Notes under the pieces: generated by a model | Seen by the model: the letters and a program-made list of their open reading frames with translations, nothing else | Database searches by the model: none | What the model was told of the DNA's origin: nothing | Part shown: piece by piece, positions 9,689-19,827 of the stretch | Position numbering within the stretch: position 1 is the first letter of the stretch | Layout of the letters: every line of letters begins with the position of its first letter | NCBI GenBank assembly: GCA_963612025.1 | Contig: CAVDUB010000008.1 | Coordinates: 4,602 to 68,601 of the forward strand | Source of the DNA: a bacterium | GTDB lineage: Bacteria > Bacillota_I > Bacilli_A > RFN20 > CAG-288 | Direction: 5' to 3' | DNA length: 64,000 bases | Position numbers and translations under genes: made by a program

Positions 9689-9712
9689 CCTTTCATGCCA
9701 ATCCTCTTTTTT
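9680..9712. terminator. Bidirectional rho-independent terminator between convergent genes
   Basis: Hairpin GAGGATT(9680-9686)/AATCCTC(9700-9706) is followed by a T-run on the plus strand, with an A/T-rich run on the other side. The stem includes the upstream stop codon. Confidence 0.6.
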
Positions 9713-9721
9713 ATATGCAGG

Positions 9722-10558
9722 TCAGATCAGATAGTTCTCCTGGAGTTCATTTAAGTCCTCATCCGAGAGGTGGAGCTCCTGATGGATGAAATTCTCGATT
9801 GTCCCAGATTGCTTTTCCATCTCATCGAAAGCTGCTTCTATCCAGTTCCTTCTTACTCCGGCCACCGCCTTGATGGAATTGATGACGATTTCATCCTGGA
9901 CGTGGGCCACGTTGCGGAGATATTCTTCTCTTTTTCTTGCTTTGTCGACGGTGTTTTCATTTGTCTTGAGATAATCCTGAATGACAAGTTCCTTCTCCAC
10001 GCCAAGTGAGAGGAGAAGAATGGCTGCAGCCAATCCGGATCGGTCTTTTCCATCCGCGCAATGAAAAAGAATAGCCCCTTCTTTGTTTTGAATGCATAGG
10101 CGGATGAATTTCTCATACTGGCTTTTTCCATAGGGACGCAGCATGCTCCGATAGACTTTTTCGAACGCGATGGTGATATCGCCTTTGAAATTCATTCGGA
10201 AGAGGTAGTCGATGGTATGCTGGAGGGCTTTGTCTTCGACCTGAATGTTGGTGTGGGGATTATAGTCTCGATGCTTTCTTTCTCTCTGAACCGGAAGATG
10301 CAGAAAAGTGACATTTTCCAATTTGACATTGGGTCTTTTAAGGATTTCCTGCTTTCCGCGCATATCGACTTCATAAAGGACATGAAGATCATGCAGGAGA
10401 ACATCTTCATCATTTTTGGTGATTGTGGCTAGGCAATCCGAACGAATGAGTCTTTTATAGGCGATTCTTTTCCCATTTCTTGTTGGATATCCGCCTAAAT
10501 CCCGAGTGTTTTTTGTTCCTTCAAGAGGAATTCTTTTTCCGAGTTCAATTGTATTCAT
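9722..10558 (-). CDS. Protein-tyrosine phosphatase (Y_phosphatase3-like)
   Basis: 278 aa with the CX5R active-site loop FHCADGKDRSG. Confidence 0.8.
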   Translation of the reverse strand: MNTIELGKRIPLEGTKNTRDLGGYPTRNGKRIAYKRLIRSDCLATITKNDEDVLLHDLHVLYEVDMRGKQEILKRPNVKLENVTFLHLPVQRERKHRDYNPHTNIQVEDKALQHTIDYLFRMNFKGDITIAFEKVYRSMLRPYGKSQYEKFIRLCIQNKEGAILFHCADGKDRSGLAAAILLLSLGVEKELVIQDYLKTNENTVDKARKREEYLRNVAHVQDEIVINSIKAVAGVRRNWIEAAFDEMEKQSGTIENFIHQELHLSDEDLNELQENYLI

Positions 10559-10693
10559 AGGGAGTGATTATAAGATAGAATGGAGTGAATTGTAAAGAAA
10601 ACACAATGATTTCGTCTATTTTGCCGGATATAATGAAATTTTCAAAGGAAAGAGAAAGGAAATGATTTATAATCAAGAAAAGGAAAAACAACC

Positions 10694-12628
10694 ATGAGAG
10701 ACTTAGATTACTTGAAATTGCTGTCGAAGTCGTTTCCGAATCTCAAATCCGCTGCGACGGAAATCATCAACCTTTCTGCCATTATGGAATTGCCTAAAGG
10801 AACGGAATTCTTTCTAAGCGATGTCCATGGCGAATACGAATCTTTCTCCTATCTGATGAGGTCTTGTTCGGGTGTGGTCATGATGAAGATGAAGAAGGCT
10901 TTAGGCACTTCCCTGACTGCCAATGAATATGAGAAGCTTGCGGATATGATTTATTATCCCGAAGAGAAGGTCAATCTCTTCTTTGCTCAGTCACCGAGTG
11001 TGGATGAACAAAAAAACACCATGGAGAATCTCATCCGGGTTGCAAGACTTGTCTCGAGTAAATTCACGAGAAGCAAAGTCCGTAAGAGAATGCCGAAGCC
11101 CTTTGATTACACCATGGATGAACTTCTCAATTCCAATTCGGACGACCTCAATACGCAGACGTATCATGAGGCGATTTTGAATTCCATCATTTCGCTTGGA
11201 TTCGCAAAGGAATATATCCAAGCTTTGGCAAAACTGATCCAGGCACTTTGTGTCGATCATCTTCATATTGTCGGCGATATCTTCGACCGTGGTCCGAGAG
11301 CCGACAAGATCATGGATGAATTGATGACCTATCCGGAAATCGATATCCAATGGGGAAACCATGACGCAACATGGATTGGCGCTTCCCAGGGAAATCTGAC
11401 CTGCATTGCCAATGTCCTTCATATCGCCACACTCTATAATTCCTTCGACGTTCTTGAATCTGGTTATGGCATCAACCTCCGTCCGTTATCCATGTATGCG
11501 GAAGAACTCTACAAGGATGACCCCTGCACGAGATTCCGTCCGCATCTTCTTGATAGCAATGTCTCTGATTCCGTCTCTCCCGATCTTGCAGCCAAGATGT
11601 GCAAAGTCATCACCATCATCATGTTCAAATTGGAAGGTCAGCTCATCAAGAGACATCCTGAATACCATTTGGGGACAAGACTTCTTCTCGATGGTTTGGA
11701 TGTCGAAAAGAAGACCATCCATCTCGGAGACAAAACCTTCACTTTGTTGGATCAGAATCTTCCGACGTTCGACAACGATGATATCCGCAAACTCAACAAA
11801 GAGGAAGAGAACCTGATGAAGAGTCTTCAATATAGCTTCACCCACTCCGAAAAATTGAAGAAGCATATCGATTTCCTTCTCAAGAAAGGAAAAATATATA
11901 CTGTCTATAACGGAAATCTTCTTTATCACGCGTGTATACCGATGAAGGAAGATGGTTCCTTCCTTGAAGTCGAGACTGAAGAGGGATTCCTTTCCGGAAA
12001 GAACTATCTCGACTATTGTGAAAGAAGAATCCGTCATGCCTGCAAGCTTTCTTTGGATGATCCAAAGAAGGAATATGAAACGGATTTCCTTTGGTATATG
12101 TGGTGCGGACCAAAGTCTCCGCTTTTTGGAAAAGACCAAATCACAACCTTTGAAAGAACCTTCTTAGATGATGCTTCCTTATATCATGAGGATTACAATC
12201 CCTATTATGAATGGTCCAAGAAGAAGGAATGCGTCGAGATGATTCTCGAGGAATTTTCAGCCGATGTTGCTCATGGGCATATCATCAATGGACATGTCCC
12301 TGTCTTGGTCAACAAGGGTGAATCCCCAATCAAGGCGGATGGAAGGCTCTTCAAGATTGATGGTGGGTTAGCAAAATCCTTCCATTCGAAGACAGGTATT
12401 GCAGGTTATACTCTGATTATCAATTCCCATCATATCGCCTTGGCACAGCATAAGAACTTCATCAAGGGAAAGACGAACTTATCGAAAGTGAAGATTGTCG
12501 AGAAATTCAAGAATCGTATCTTCGTCAAGGATACAGACAAAGGGAAGCTTCTTTCCCTCCAGATTTCGGACCTGAAGGAACTGATTAAGGCCTATCAGGA
12601 AGGGAAGATTCCGGAAACAGGTCTCTAG
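10694..12628 (+). CDS. fbp: Fructose-1,6-bisphosphatase class 3
   Basis: 644 aa. N-terminus is MRDLDYLKLLSKSFPN...FFLSDVHGEYESF, followed by the GDIFDRGP metallophosphoesterase motifs characteristic of Firmicute class III FBPase. Confidence 0.9.
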   Translation: MRDLDYLKLLSKSFPNLKSAATEIINLSAIMELPKGTEFFLSDVHGEYESFSYLMRSCSGVVMMKMKKALGTSLTANEYEKLADMIYYPEEKVNLFFAQSPSVDEQKNTMENLIRVARLVSSKFTRSKVRKRMPKPFDYTMDELLNSNSDDLNTQTYHEAILNSIISLGFAKEYIQALAKLIQALCVDHLHIVGDIFDRGPRADKIMDELMTYPEIDIQWGNHDATWIGASQGNLTCIANVLHIATLYNSFDVLESGYGINLRPLSMYAEELYKDDPCTRFRPHLLDSNVSDSVSPDLAAKMCKVITIIMFKLEGQLIKRHPEYHLGTRLLLDGLDVEKKTIHLGDKTFTLLDQNLPTFDNDDIRKLNKEEENLMKSLQYSFTHSEKLKKHIDFLLKKGKIYTVYNGNLLYHACIPMKEDGSFLEVETEEGFLSGKNYLDYCERRIRHACKLSLDDPKKEYETDFLWYMWCGPKSPLFGKDQITTFERTFLDDASLYHEDYNPYYEWSKKKECVEMILEEFSADVAHGHIINGHVPVLVNKGESPIKADGRLFKIDGGLAKSFHSKTGIAGYTLIINSHHIALAQHKNFIKGKTNLSKVKIVEKFKNRIFVKDTDKGKLLSLQISDLKELIKAYQEGKIPETGL

Positions 12629-12633
12629 GCATG

Positions 12634-12662
12634 AAAAAAGAGGGTTTCCACCCTCTTTTTTT
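12634..12662. terminator. Bidirectional terminator between fbp and dnaJ
   Basis: An A-run, then GAGGGT-ttcc-ACCCTC, then a T-run, lying between convergent stops at 12628 and 12672. Confidence 0.8.
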
Positions 12663-12671
12663 AGAATCTGT

Positions 12672-13802
12672 TTATTTCTTTTTCTTGAACCAATTGAAGA
12701 AACCACCTTTTTTGGTCTCGATATCATCGACCTTCTTGATGAGTTCCTTCTGCTCATTGTTGAGTGTCTTGGGGAACTTGACATTGATGGTGACATATTG
12801 GTTGCCGACTTTCCCTTTGGGGGTCGTGATGCCTTTTCCAGCCATGCGCAGAATCGTATTCGGCTCCGTGCAAGGTGGGATGACAAGGTCACACTCACCG
12901 GTGACAGTCGGAACGGTCACTGTGGCACCAAGAAGGGCATCCGTATAGGAAATCGGAGCGTTGATGTAGACATCGGCCCCCTTTCGGATGAAGGTCTGAG
13001 ATGGGGAAACGGAAATCTGAATGATGAGACTTCCGCTTTCGCCGCCATTGACACCCGGTTCGCCTTTTCCGGCGATGCGGATGGTATCGCCTGTATCGAC
13101 ACCCTGCGGGATGTTCACCGTAATGGTCTCATTGACCTGGACTCTTCCCGAACCATGGCAATGATCGCAATATTTCTTGACGGTCTTTCCTTTGCCGTGG
13201 CAGGTCGGACACTCTTCTTCGCTTTCCATGACACCGAAGATGGTCTGTCTTCTACTTCTGACTCTTCCTGAACCATGACAGGTCGAACAGGTGGTGACAT
13301 CATCGGCTGATTTCGCACCGCTTCCGTGACAGGTCGGGCATGTCTGGACATAGGAAAGAGGAATATCGACTTTTGTGCCGCGGACGGCCTGGTCGAAATT
13401 GATCTTGACTTGAACAACCTTATCTTCGCCTTTTCTTGGCATGTTGCTTCGTCTTGTTCTTGAAGAACCGCCTCCGAAGAAGGAAGAGAAGATGTCATTG
13501 ATGTCGCCGAAGTCTCCAAAGTCTCCTTGCTGGAAACCATTGAATCCCTGTTGGAATCCGTTTGCTCCATTGTTGTCGAAGGCTGCGAATCCGAACTGGT
13601 CGTATTGTGCACGCTTCTGCTGGTCGCTTAAGACTTCATAAGCTTCCTGAACTTCCTTGAATTTCGCGGGAGCATCCGGTGATTTGTTTAAGTCAGGATG
13701 ATATTGCTTGGCCAATTTTCGATAGGCGCTTTTGATTTCATCCTGGGTGGCAGTCTTGTTGATACCTAGAACTTCATAGTAGTCGCGTTTGTTTTCTGCC
13801 AT
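12672..13802 (-). CDS. dnaJ: Molecular chaperone DnaJ
   Basis: J-domain with HPD (YHPDLNK), a G/F-rich linker, and four CxxCxGxG zinc-finger repeats. Confidence 0.97.
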   Translation of the reverse strand: MAENKRDYYEVLGINKTATQDEIKSAYRKLAKQYHPDLNKSPDAPAKFKEVQEAYEVLSDQQKRAQYDQFGFAAFDNNGANGFQQGFNGFQQGDFGDFGDINDIFSSFFGGGSSRTRRSNMPRKGEDKVVQVKINFDQAVRGTKVDIPLSYVQTCPTCHGSGAKSADDVTTCSTCHGSGRVRSRRQTIFGVMESEEECPTCHGKGKTVKKYCDHCHGSGRVQVNETITVNIPQGVDTGDTIRIAGKGEPGVNGGESGSLIIQISVSPSQTFIRKGADVYINAPISYTDALLGATVTVPTVTGECDLVIPPCTEPNTILRMAGKGITTPKGKVGNQYVTINVKFPKTLNNEQKELIKKVDDIETKKGGFFNWFKKKK

Positions 13803-13826
13803 AGAGAATCCTCCTATTTAAGGAAT

Positions 13827-13851
13827 AAGCCCGGAATGGATTTCCGGGCTT
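13827..13851 (-). other. Stem-loop in the dnaK-dnaJ spacer (no U-tract; possible processing or stability element)
   Basis: AAGCCCGGAA-tggat-TTCCGGGCTT is a perfect 10-bp stem. It is not followed by a T-run on the coding strand. Confidence 0.4.
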
Positions 13852-13864
13852 GATTCCGAATTTA

Positions 13865-15730
13865 TCAGTTGTCTTTCTTTTCGGTGAAGGTTGCATCCAC
13901 GACATGCGGATCATTGCTATCCGTTGTGGTGGACTGGGCATTTCCGCCAGCGGTCGAAGAAGAGTCATTGGCGCTCTGGCTTGCCTGGGCCTGATAGACC
14001 TGGTTGGCAGCCTGCTGGAGCTGGGCAATCTTGGCACGGACCGTGTCGAGATCGTTCTTATCAAGGGCATCCTTGATTTCGTCGCGAATCTTCAAAGCAG
14101 ATGCTTTGGTATTCTCGTCAATCGGATGATCCTTGTCATTGACCTGACGATCGATGGAGTCGATCAATTGCTGGGCTTCATTTCTGGTGTCTGCATCTTT
14201 CTTTCTCTTGTCATCGGCATCCTTGTTGGCTTCGGCTTCCTTGACCATGCGGTCGATTTCTTCCTTGCTCAAGCCCGAGGAATTGGAGATGGTGATGTGC
14301 TGTTCTTGGTTCGTATCGAGGTCCTTTGCAGAGACAGAGACGATACCATTGACATCGATGGAGAAAGTGACCTGAATTCTTGGTTCACCACGTCTTGCCG
14401 GACGGATTCCTTCCAACTTGAAGCGGCCTAAGAACTTGTTGTCCTGGGCCATTGGACGTTCACCCTGGAAGACCTGGATTTCGACACCGGGCTGATTATC
14501 TTCCGCTGTGGAGAAGACCTGGCTTCTGGTTGTCGGAATGGTGGTGTTTCTTGGGATGAGTGGAGTCATGACTCCGCCTAATGTTTCCAAGCCGAGGGTC
14601 AGAGGTGTGACATCGAGAAGGACGACATCCTTGACATCGCCGCGGATGACACCGCCCTGGACGGCTGCGCCGACAGAGACTGCTTCATCTGGGTTGACGG
14701 ACTGGTTTGGCTTCTTGCCGTTGCAAAGACGGGTGACAAGGTCAACGACAGCCGGCATACGAGTCGAGCCGCCGACGAGGATGACATCGGTCAAATCGGC
14801 AACGGAGAGTTTCGCATCGCTCAAGGCTTTTTCGAACGGCTGTTTGCAGCGGTCAATCAAGTCAGCGGTCAAATCCTGGAATTTTGCTCTGGTGAGCGTG
14901 GTTTCGAAGTTGACAGGAGCTCCATCCTTGAATCCGATATATGGAAGGGAGATGATGGTCTGGGTCTGCGCAGAAAGGTTGATCTTGGCCTTTTCGGCTT
15001 CGTCTCTCAGACGCTGAAGCGTTGGACGATCGCTTGGGTTGTTCTTGGAAATGCTGATTCCGCACTGGCTGGAAATCTCACCAATCAACCAATCGATGAC
15101 GTGGTTATCCCAGTCATCGCCACCAAGCTGAGTATCACCCGAGGTGGACAAGACTTCGAATGTTCCATCGCCGATATCGAGGATGGAGACATCTAAGGTT
15201 CCACCGCCCAAATCGAAAACAAGAATCTTTCCGGATTTCTTCGAATCCATGCCATAAGCCAAAGCGGCTGCGGTCGGTTCGGAGATGACACGGACGACAT
15301 CCAAGCCTGCGATGGTTCCGGCATTCTTCGTGGCCTGTCTTTGATCATCATTGAAATAGGCAGGGCAGGTGATGACGGCTTTGCTGACACTCTGGCCGAG
15401 ATATTTCTCAGCATAGGACTTCATGTAGGAGAGAATCTTTGCAGAGATTTCCTCTGGAGTGAAATCCTTGTTGATGCAGGCGATATGGGTCATTTCTCTT
15501 GTACCCATCTTTCTCTTGATGGAGTGAATGGTGTCTGGATTGGTCAAAAGCATACGCTTTGCAGCGTTGCCGACGATTTCCTCGCCGTCCTTCTTGAAAG
15601 AGACGACGCTTGGACAGGTGTTGGTTCCTTCTGGGGAAGGAATGACCTTGACGCCATGGTCATCCTGCATATACGAAACGACAGAGTTTGTTGTACCTAA
15701 ATCGATACCTAAGATAATTTCTTTAGCCAT
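13865..15730 (-). CDS. dnaK: Molecular chaperone DnaK (Hsp70)
   Basis: 621 aa with GIDLGTTNS and [10 protein letters not shown] signatures. Confidence 0.98.
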   Translation of the reverse strand: MAKEIILGIDLGTTNSVVSYMQDDHGVKVIPSPEGTNTCPSVVSFKKDGEEIVGNAAKRMLLTNPDTIHSIKRKMGTREMTHIACINKDFTPEEISAKILSYMKSYAEKYLGQSVSKAVITCPAYFNDDQRQATKNAGTIAGLDVVRVISEPTAAALAYGMDSKKSGKILVFDLGGGTLDVSILDIGDGTFEVLSTSGDTQLGGDDWDNHVIDWLIGEISSQCGISISKNNPSDRPTLQRLRDEAEKAKINLSAQTQTIISLPYIGFKDGAPVNFETTLTRAKFQDLTADLIDRCKQPFEKALSDAKLSVADLTDVILVGGSTRMPAVVDLVTRLCNGKKPNQSVNPDEAVSVGAAVQGGVIRGDVKDVVLLDVTPLTLGLETLGGVMTPLIPRNTTIPTTRSQVFSTAEDNQPGVEIQVFQGERPMAQDNKFLGRFKLEGIRPARRGEPRIQVTFSIDVNGIVSVSAKDLDTNQEQHITISNSSGLSKEEIDRMVKEAEANKDADDKRKKDADTRNEAQQLIDSIDRQVNDKDHPIDENTKASALKIRDEIKDALDKNDLDTVRAKIAQLQQAANQVYQAQASQSANDSSSTAGGNAQSTTTDSNDPHVVDATFTEKKDN

Positions 15731-15751
15731 AATATTTACCTCCTATGATGG

Positions 15752-16459
15752 TTATTCTGCTTTTTCAGCTTCAGATTCCTTATGGGTGGAATCCTCTTTC
15801 TTTTCTTCGACTTTTTCTTCTTTCTTCTTGGTGACGATGACACCGCATGGACGGAGCAGATGCTCATACATCTGATATCCTTTGGTGAAGACATCGGCAA
15901 CCTTGTTGTCTTCTTCGCCTTCGACAGTGGAGAAGGCCTGCATCGTATTCGGATCATAGTCATCGCCCGGATTGGGTGAGATGATGGTCACATTCTGGCT
16001 CTTCAGGACTTCGATGAGCTTTGTGTGAATCATTTTGAATCCTTGGAGATATTTCTTCAGGGTTTCATCTTCTGGTTCTTTCTTCAAGGCCATATCGAAG
16101 CCATCGAGTGCGGGAATAAGTTCCTCGATCAAGGATTTCTTGGCATATTTCTTGAAATCGGCCATTTCCTTCTCGAGCTGTTTTCTTGTGTTCGACATGT
16201 CGGCATAGACCTGGTAATATTTGTTTTTCCATTCATCGGCCTTCTTGTCGGCTTCTTCGAACTTTGCCTGATAATCGAAGACCTTTTTCTTCAATTCGGC
16301 AATTTCTTTTTCATAAGCTTCCTTTTTGGAATCTTTTTTCTCTTTTGATTCTTCTTTTTCTTCCTGTGGCTTGGAAGGAGATTCGGCTTTCTTTTCAGAT
16401 TCCTTCTTTTCTTCACTCTTGTCTGTCACAGGGATTTCATTTTCTTTTTCTTCACTCAT
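15752..16459 (-). CDS. grpE: Nucleotide exchange factor GrpE
   Basis: 235 aa. The GrpE core (...LIEELIPALDGFDMAL...) is flanked by E/K-rich low-complexity tails. Operon position is between hrcA and dnaK. Confidence 0.9.
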   Translation of the reverse strand: MSEEKENEIPVTDKSEEKKESEKKAESPSKPQEEKEESKEKKDSKKEAYEKEIAELKKKVFDYQAKFEEADKKADEWKNKYYQVYADMSNTRKQLEKEMADFKKYAKKSLIEELIPALDGFDMALKKEPEDETLKKYLQGFKMIHTKLIEVLKSQNVTIISPNPGDDYDPNTMQAFSTVEGEEDNKVADVFTKGYQMYEHLLRPCGVIVTKKKEEKVEEKKEDSTHKESEAEKAE

Positions 16460-17580
16460 TTTTTGACTCCTTTCTTAGAGGGTTGTTTTTTCTTTCTTCC
16501 TGGTTTCTCATCGATGACTTCTTTTGGTGTGGAAACGGGAACCAGAGAGGAGGAATTGTGTCCGTCTGAGAAATAGTACCGATCCAGCATATAGACGATA
16601 TATTCCAGGGCGGAGAGAACTTTCTTGTAGTCCATTCTCTTCGGACCGACGACGGCTAACTGATCCTTGCCATTGAATTTCTTGGAGACGATGGCAAAGT
16701 CGCCTTTGCTTTCGTTGGTGAAGGAAACATTGACGCTTCCTAAGTCATCCTGTCCTGCGAAATTCTTTTCTAGGGCATTGGGGTTTTGCAAGGCATCGTA
16801 GGCGTTGATGAAGGATTCCTTGCTGTTGCTGAATTCCGGAAGCGAGAGCAGGTTTTTTTCTCCATAGACTTCGTATCGCTTTCGAGTGAAAGAGACAAGA
16901 GCCTGGAGGAAAGCCTCCATGATGATGTCGCCCCCTTTTCCAAATGTCTTGGATGCAATCGGCTGAAGCGCCTTTGCCTTGGCCTCGAGCTCGGAAATCT
17001 TTGTTCCGGCAAGCCGTTCGTTCAGCATAGACATCGTGTTTGTCAGCTGATTGAAGGTGACGCCGTCTTTGGGATTGATGACGAATGTCTTCTTTTCGAC
17101 ATATCCGGAATCGGTGATGAAGATACCCATGGCGCTGTTTTCGTTCAGTCGGAGAAGCTGAACGGAAATCAATGTTTCGTTCGAACTTTTCGGACCGAGG
17201 ACGACCGTTGCCATGTTCGTCATTTCCGAGAGCATCTGACAGGACTTGGAGATGACATCTTCGACAGATCTCGATTTGTTCTTCAAGACCTCCTGGAATT
17301 CTCTTTGGAATTCGAGATCGACGGAATTCATCAGGGATGAATTGTCGAGGTGATCGAGATAGTACTGGTACCCTTTTGCAGAGGGAACTCTTCCAGAAGA
17401 GACATGCGTCTTTTCGAGCATGCCATCTTTTTCGAGCTCAACCATCGCATTGCGGATGGTCGCACTGGAGCAGTCCATGTTATATCGGCTCAAAAGGGAT
17501 TTGCTTCCGACCGGCTGAGCGGTTCGGATGAATTCTTCAACGATATATTTGAGGATTTCGTCTTTTCTTTCTGTTTTCAT
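16456..17580 (-). CDS. hrcA: Heat-inducible transcription repressor HrcA
   Basis: 374 aa with an N-terminal winged helix (RKDEILKYIVEEFIRTAQPVGSKSL). It is the first gene of the dnaK operon, with CIRCE elements upstream. Confidence 0.93.
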   Translation of the reverse strand: MKTERKDEILKYIVEEFIRTAQPVGSKSLLSRYNMDCSSATIRNAMVELEKDGMLEKTHVSSGRVPSAKGYQYYLDHLDNSSLMNSVDLEFQREFQEVLKNKSRSVEDVISKSCQMLSEMTNMATVVLGPKSSNETLISVQLLRLNENSAMGIFITDSGYVEKKTFVINPKDGVTFNQLTNTMSMLNERLAGTKISELEAKAKALQPIASKTFGKGGDIIMEAFLQALVSFTRKRYEVYGEKNLLSLPEFSNSKESFINAYDALQNPNALEKNFAGQDDLGSVNVSFTNESKGDFAIVSKKFNGKDQLAVVGPKRMDYKKVLSALEYIVYMLDRYYFSDGHNSSSLVPVSTPKEVIDEKPGRKKKQPSKKGVKK

Positions 17581-17590
17581 ACCGCCCTCC

Positions 17591-17617
17591 GTAGCACTCG
17601 TTTTTTTCGAATGCTAG
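17591..17617 (-). promoter_or_regulatory. CIRCE operator (proximal, imperfect)
   Basis: GTAGCACTC-N9-GAATGCTAG versus the consensus TTAGCACTC-N9-GAGTGCTAA. It lies 11 nt upstream of the hrcA ATG. Confidence 0.75.
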
Positions 17618-17621
17618 AAAT

Positions 17622-17649
17622 ATTATATACGCAATTTTAGCAAATGCAA
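17622..17649 (-). promoter_or_regulatory. Putative sigma-A promoter of the hrcA operon
   Basis: On the minus strand: TTGCAT (17649-17644), a 16-nt spacer, then TATAAT (17627-22). It sits between and overlaps the two CIRCE elements. Confidence 0.55.
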
Positions 17650-17663
17650 GAGAAGAGTGCTAA
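17637..17663 (-). promoter_or_regulatory. CIRCE operator (distal, one degenerate half-site)
   Basis: TTAGCAAAT-N9-GAGTGCTAA. The right half is perfect and the left half has 3 mismatches. Confidence 0.65.
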
Positions 17664-17724
17664 CTTTTTTTAAATATTTCGATCTGCTTTGCCCACCTAG
17701 AATATAAGGTATATAGATTTGGCA

Positions 17725-17756
17725 ATCAAAAACGAGTCCATCATGATGGACTCGTT
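17725..17756 (-). terminator. Terminator after trmB
   Basis: Palindrome AACGAGTCCATC/GATGGACTCGTT is followed on the minus strand by TTTTTG, 12 nt after the trmB stop. Confidence 0.75.
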
Positions 17757-17767
17757 GATTCTTTCTC

Positions 17768-18400
17768 TTATTTCTTTTTTCTATGGGCGATGAGAACATG
17801 GATATCCACGCCCTGGCTGCGGAATTTCTTCTCGTATTCGGTCGGAGGAAGATAGTCGACTTTTTCGGAATAGAAGGGATAGATGATCTCATAGTCGAAG
17901 AGATCGGCTTCCTTGAAGTATTCGATGGAATCATTGAACAAATCCGTGTTGTCTGTTCGGAAATACAGGGTTCCGTCTTCTTTCAGGATGCGGAAATATT
18001 CCTTTTGGAGTGTGGGATAGGTCAGTCTTCGGTGGTGTTGTTTCTTTTTTGGCCAAGGATCAGAGAAATTGAGGTAGATATTGTCGAGCTGATTCTCTTC
18101 AATCAAGGGGAAAATACGTTCAATCGGTGCATTCAGGATCATGAAGTTGTGATGGTCTTCCTTGATGCTGCTTAGATGTTTGACGGCCAAAGCAAAAGCG
18201 TTTCGGTTGATTTCCACACCGAGATATTTCTTCTCTGGCTGAAGTTTGGAAACTTCCATGAGGAATCCACCCTGCCCAGAGCCGATTTCGAGTGAGGAGA
18301 ATGTTTTGATCTCTTCGACATCCAAGTCGGAAAGGTTTCGAGCGATGTCTTTGTTGTCATTGAGGACTTGGTCAGCCCATTTGCGGTGTCGGAGTCTCAT
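17768..18400 (-). CDS. trmB: tRNA (guanine46-N7)-methyltransferase
   Basis: 210 aa with MRLRHRKWA..., the SAM-binding LEIGSGQGGFL, and FSDPWPKKKQHHRR. Confidence 0.9.
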   Translation of the reverse strand: MRLRHRKWADQVLNDNKDIARNLSDLDVEEIKTFSSLEIGSGQGGFLMEVSKLQPEKKYLGVEINRNAFALAVKHLSSIKEDHHNFMILNAPIERIFPLIEENQLDNIYLNFSDPWPKKKQHHRRLTYPTLQKEYFRILKEDGTLYFRTDNTDLFNDSIEYFKEADLFDYEIIYPFYSEKVDYLPPTEYEKKFRSQGVDIHVLIAHRKKK

Positions 18401-19827
18401 TTCTTTGATTTCTTTCCGGATTTGAGATATTCGCCCAAATCATAGATAGCGTGGGCATAGATTTGCATGTTGTCATAGAAGTCGGAGAGCGGGAAGAATT
18501 CATCATCGCCATGCATACGATAGTCTCTATTTGGGAACTGGGCGCCAAAGGCAACAGAATTTTTGCTTTCTCTCGCATAGGTGCCGCCACCGATGGCAAG
18601 CGGTTTGCTTTCCATATCGCCTGTTTCTTTCTGATAGGCGTTGAGAAGTATCTTGATGAAATCTGAATTCGGATCGGCGACAAAGCCATCGCTTCCGCCA
18701 AGCAGGGTGACATCGGCGTGGGTCTTTTCTTTGACATTGTCTAGGACGGTCTTGACTTTCATATCGCTTGGGAAGCGGACATTGACATAGATGTCAAGAG
18801 AGGAACCATCAAACTGGATTCTTCCCACATTGTAGGAAGTCTCACTGAAATACTGGTTTTTGAAGTTGCCCTTGAAGTTTTCCCCCATTCCATCATGATA
18901 GGAATAGAAGATGTCGACAAGCGTCTTGTCTCCGAAGACTTCGCCTAGGAAATGAAGCATGTAGAGGCCGGCGTTAACACCATTCCATGGCATGGAACCA
19001 TGATAAGGCTTTCCGAAGAATTTCAATGTCTTTCCATCAAAAGATGCCTGAACCTTCTTATGTCTAGATAAATATTCAGGAAGTGCTTTTTTGATATCTT
19101 CCTGATGGAGGCTGACATCACAGCTCGCCTCGGCGGGAACAATGTTCAATGCTGAACCGACTGAGAAATTTCCGAGTCCGAGAATCGTTGCTGGATAGGA
19201 TGCTTTATATGCATAGATGGATTTTTCGCCATAGATCAAGGGGTAGTCTGCATCCGGAGAGAAGCCTAAGGTCGGATAGTCTTTTTTCATCTCTTCGAAA
19301 TAATGCTTCAGGCAGAGGGAATCATTCTCTTCGTTGCCTCCAAAAAGGAAACGAAGCTTGTATCCACCAAGCATGTTGTTATCCATCAGGGCCTTGACGG
19401 CATAAAGGCAGGCCAAGGCTGGGCCTTTGTCATCCGATGTTCCTCTTCCATACATCGTATTTCCTTCTTCAAGGCGGAGAGTGAAAGGATCACCGGTCCA
19501 ATTTTCCTTCTTGACCGGAACAACATCGCAATGTCCATAGATATCGAGTGTCTTTTCACCTTCTCCATAGGAAAGTTCTGTGACATAATTGTCGCAGCGA
19601 TCGACTTTGAATCCCATCTTCTTTCCAAGTTGGGCGACATAATCTAAAGCCTCATCCACGCCTTTTCCGAAGGGAGCTTTTTCACTCTTGGTTGTTTCAT
19701 CCAGGACGGATGGGATGGCGACAAGTTCCTTGAGGGACTTGAAGGCTTCTTCTTTATACGGATCGACTAATTTTCTCCATTTTGTGTCATTGATTTTGAC
19801 TGGATTTGCATTTTCTTTCATTGTCAT
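18397..19827 (-). CDS. pepV: M20-family dipeptidase (PepV/Sapep type)
   Basis: 476 aa with HCDVVP and GRGTSDDKGP motifs. Its stop overlaps the trmB start. Confidence 0.85.
   Translation of the reverse strand: MTMKENANPVKINDTKWRKLVDPYKEEAFKSLKELVAIPSVLDETTKSEKAPFGKGVDEALDYVAQLGKKMGFKVDRCDNYVTELSYGEGEKTLDIYGHCDVVPVKKENWTGDPFTLRLEEGNTMYGRGTSDDKGPALACLYAVKALMDNNMLGGYKLRFLFGGNEENDSLCLKHYFEEMKKDYPTLGFSPDADYPLIYGEKSIYAYKASYPATILGLGNFSVGSALNIVPAEASCDVSLHQEDIKKALPEYLSRHKKVQASFDGKTLKFFGKPYHGSMPWNGVNAGLYMLHFLGEVFGDKTLVDIFYSYHDGMGENFKGNFKNQYFSETSYNVGRIQFDGSSLDIYVNVRFPSDMKVKTVLDNVKEKTHADVTLLGGSDGFVADPNSDFIKILLNAYQKETGDMESKPLAIGGGTYARESKNSVAFGAQFPNRDYRMHGDDEFFPLSDFYDNMQIYAHAIYDLGEYLKSGKKSKK

Noticed and set aside
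10589-10607. The palindrome ATTGT-N9-ACAAT upstream of fbp, considered as a cre or Rex-type operator.
   Set aside because: It does not fit the cre consensus (the central CG is missing) or the Rex box. 5-bp arms are expected by chance in AT-rich DNA.
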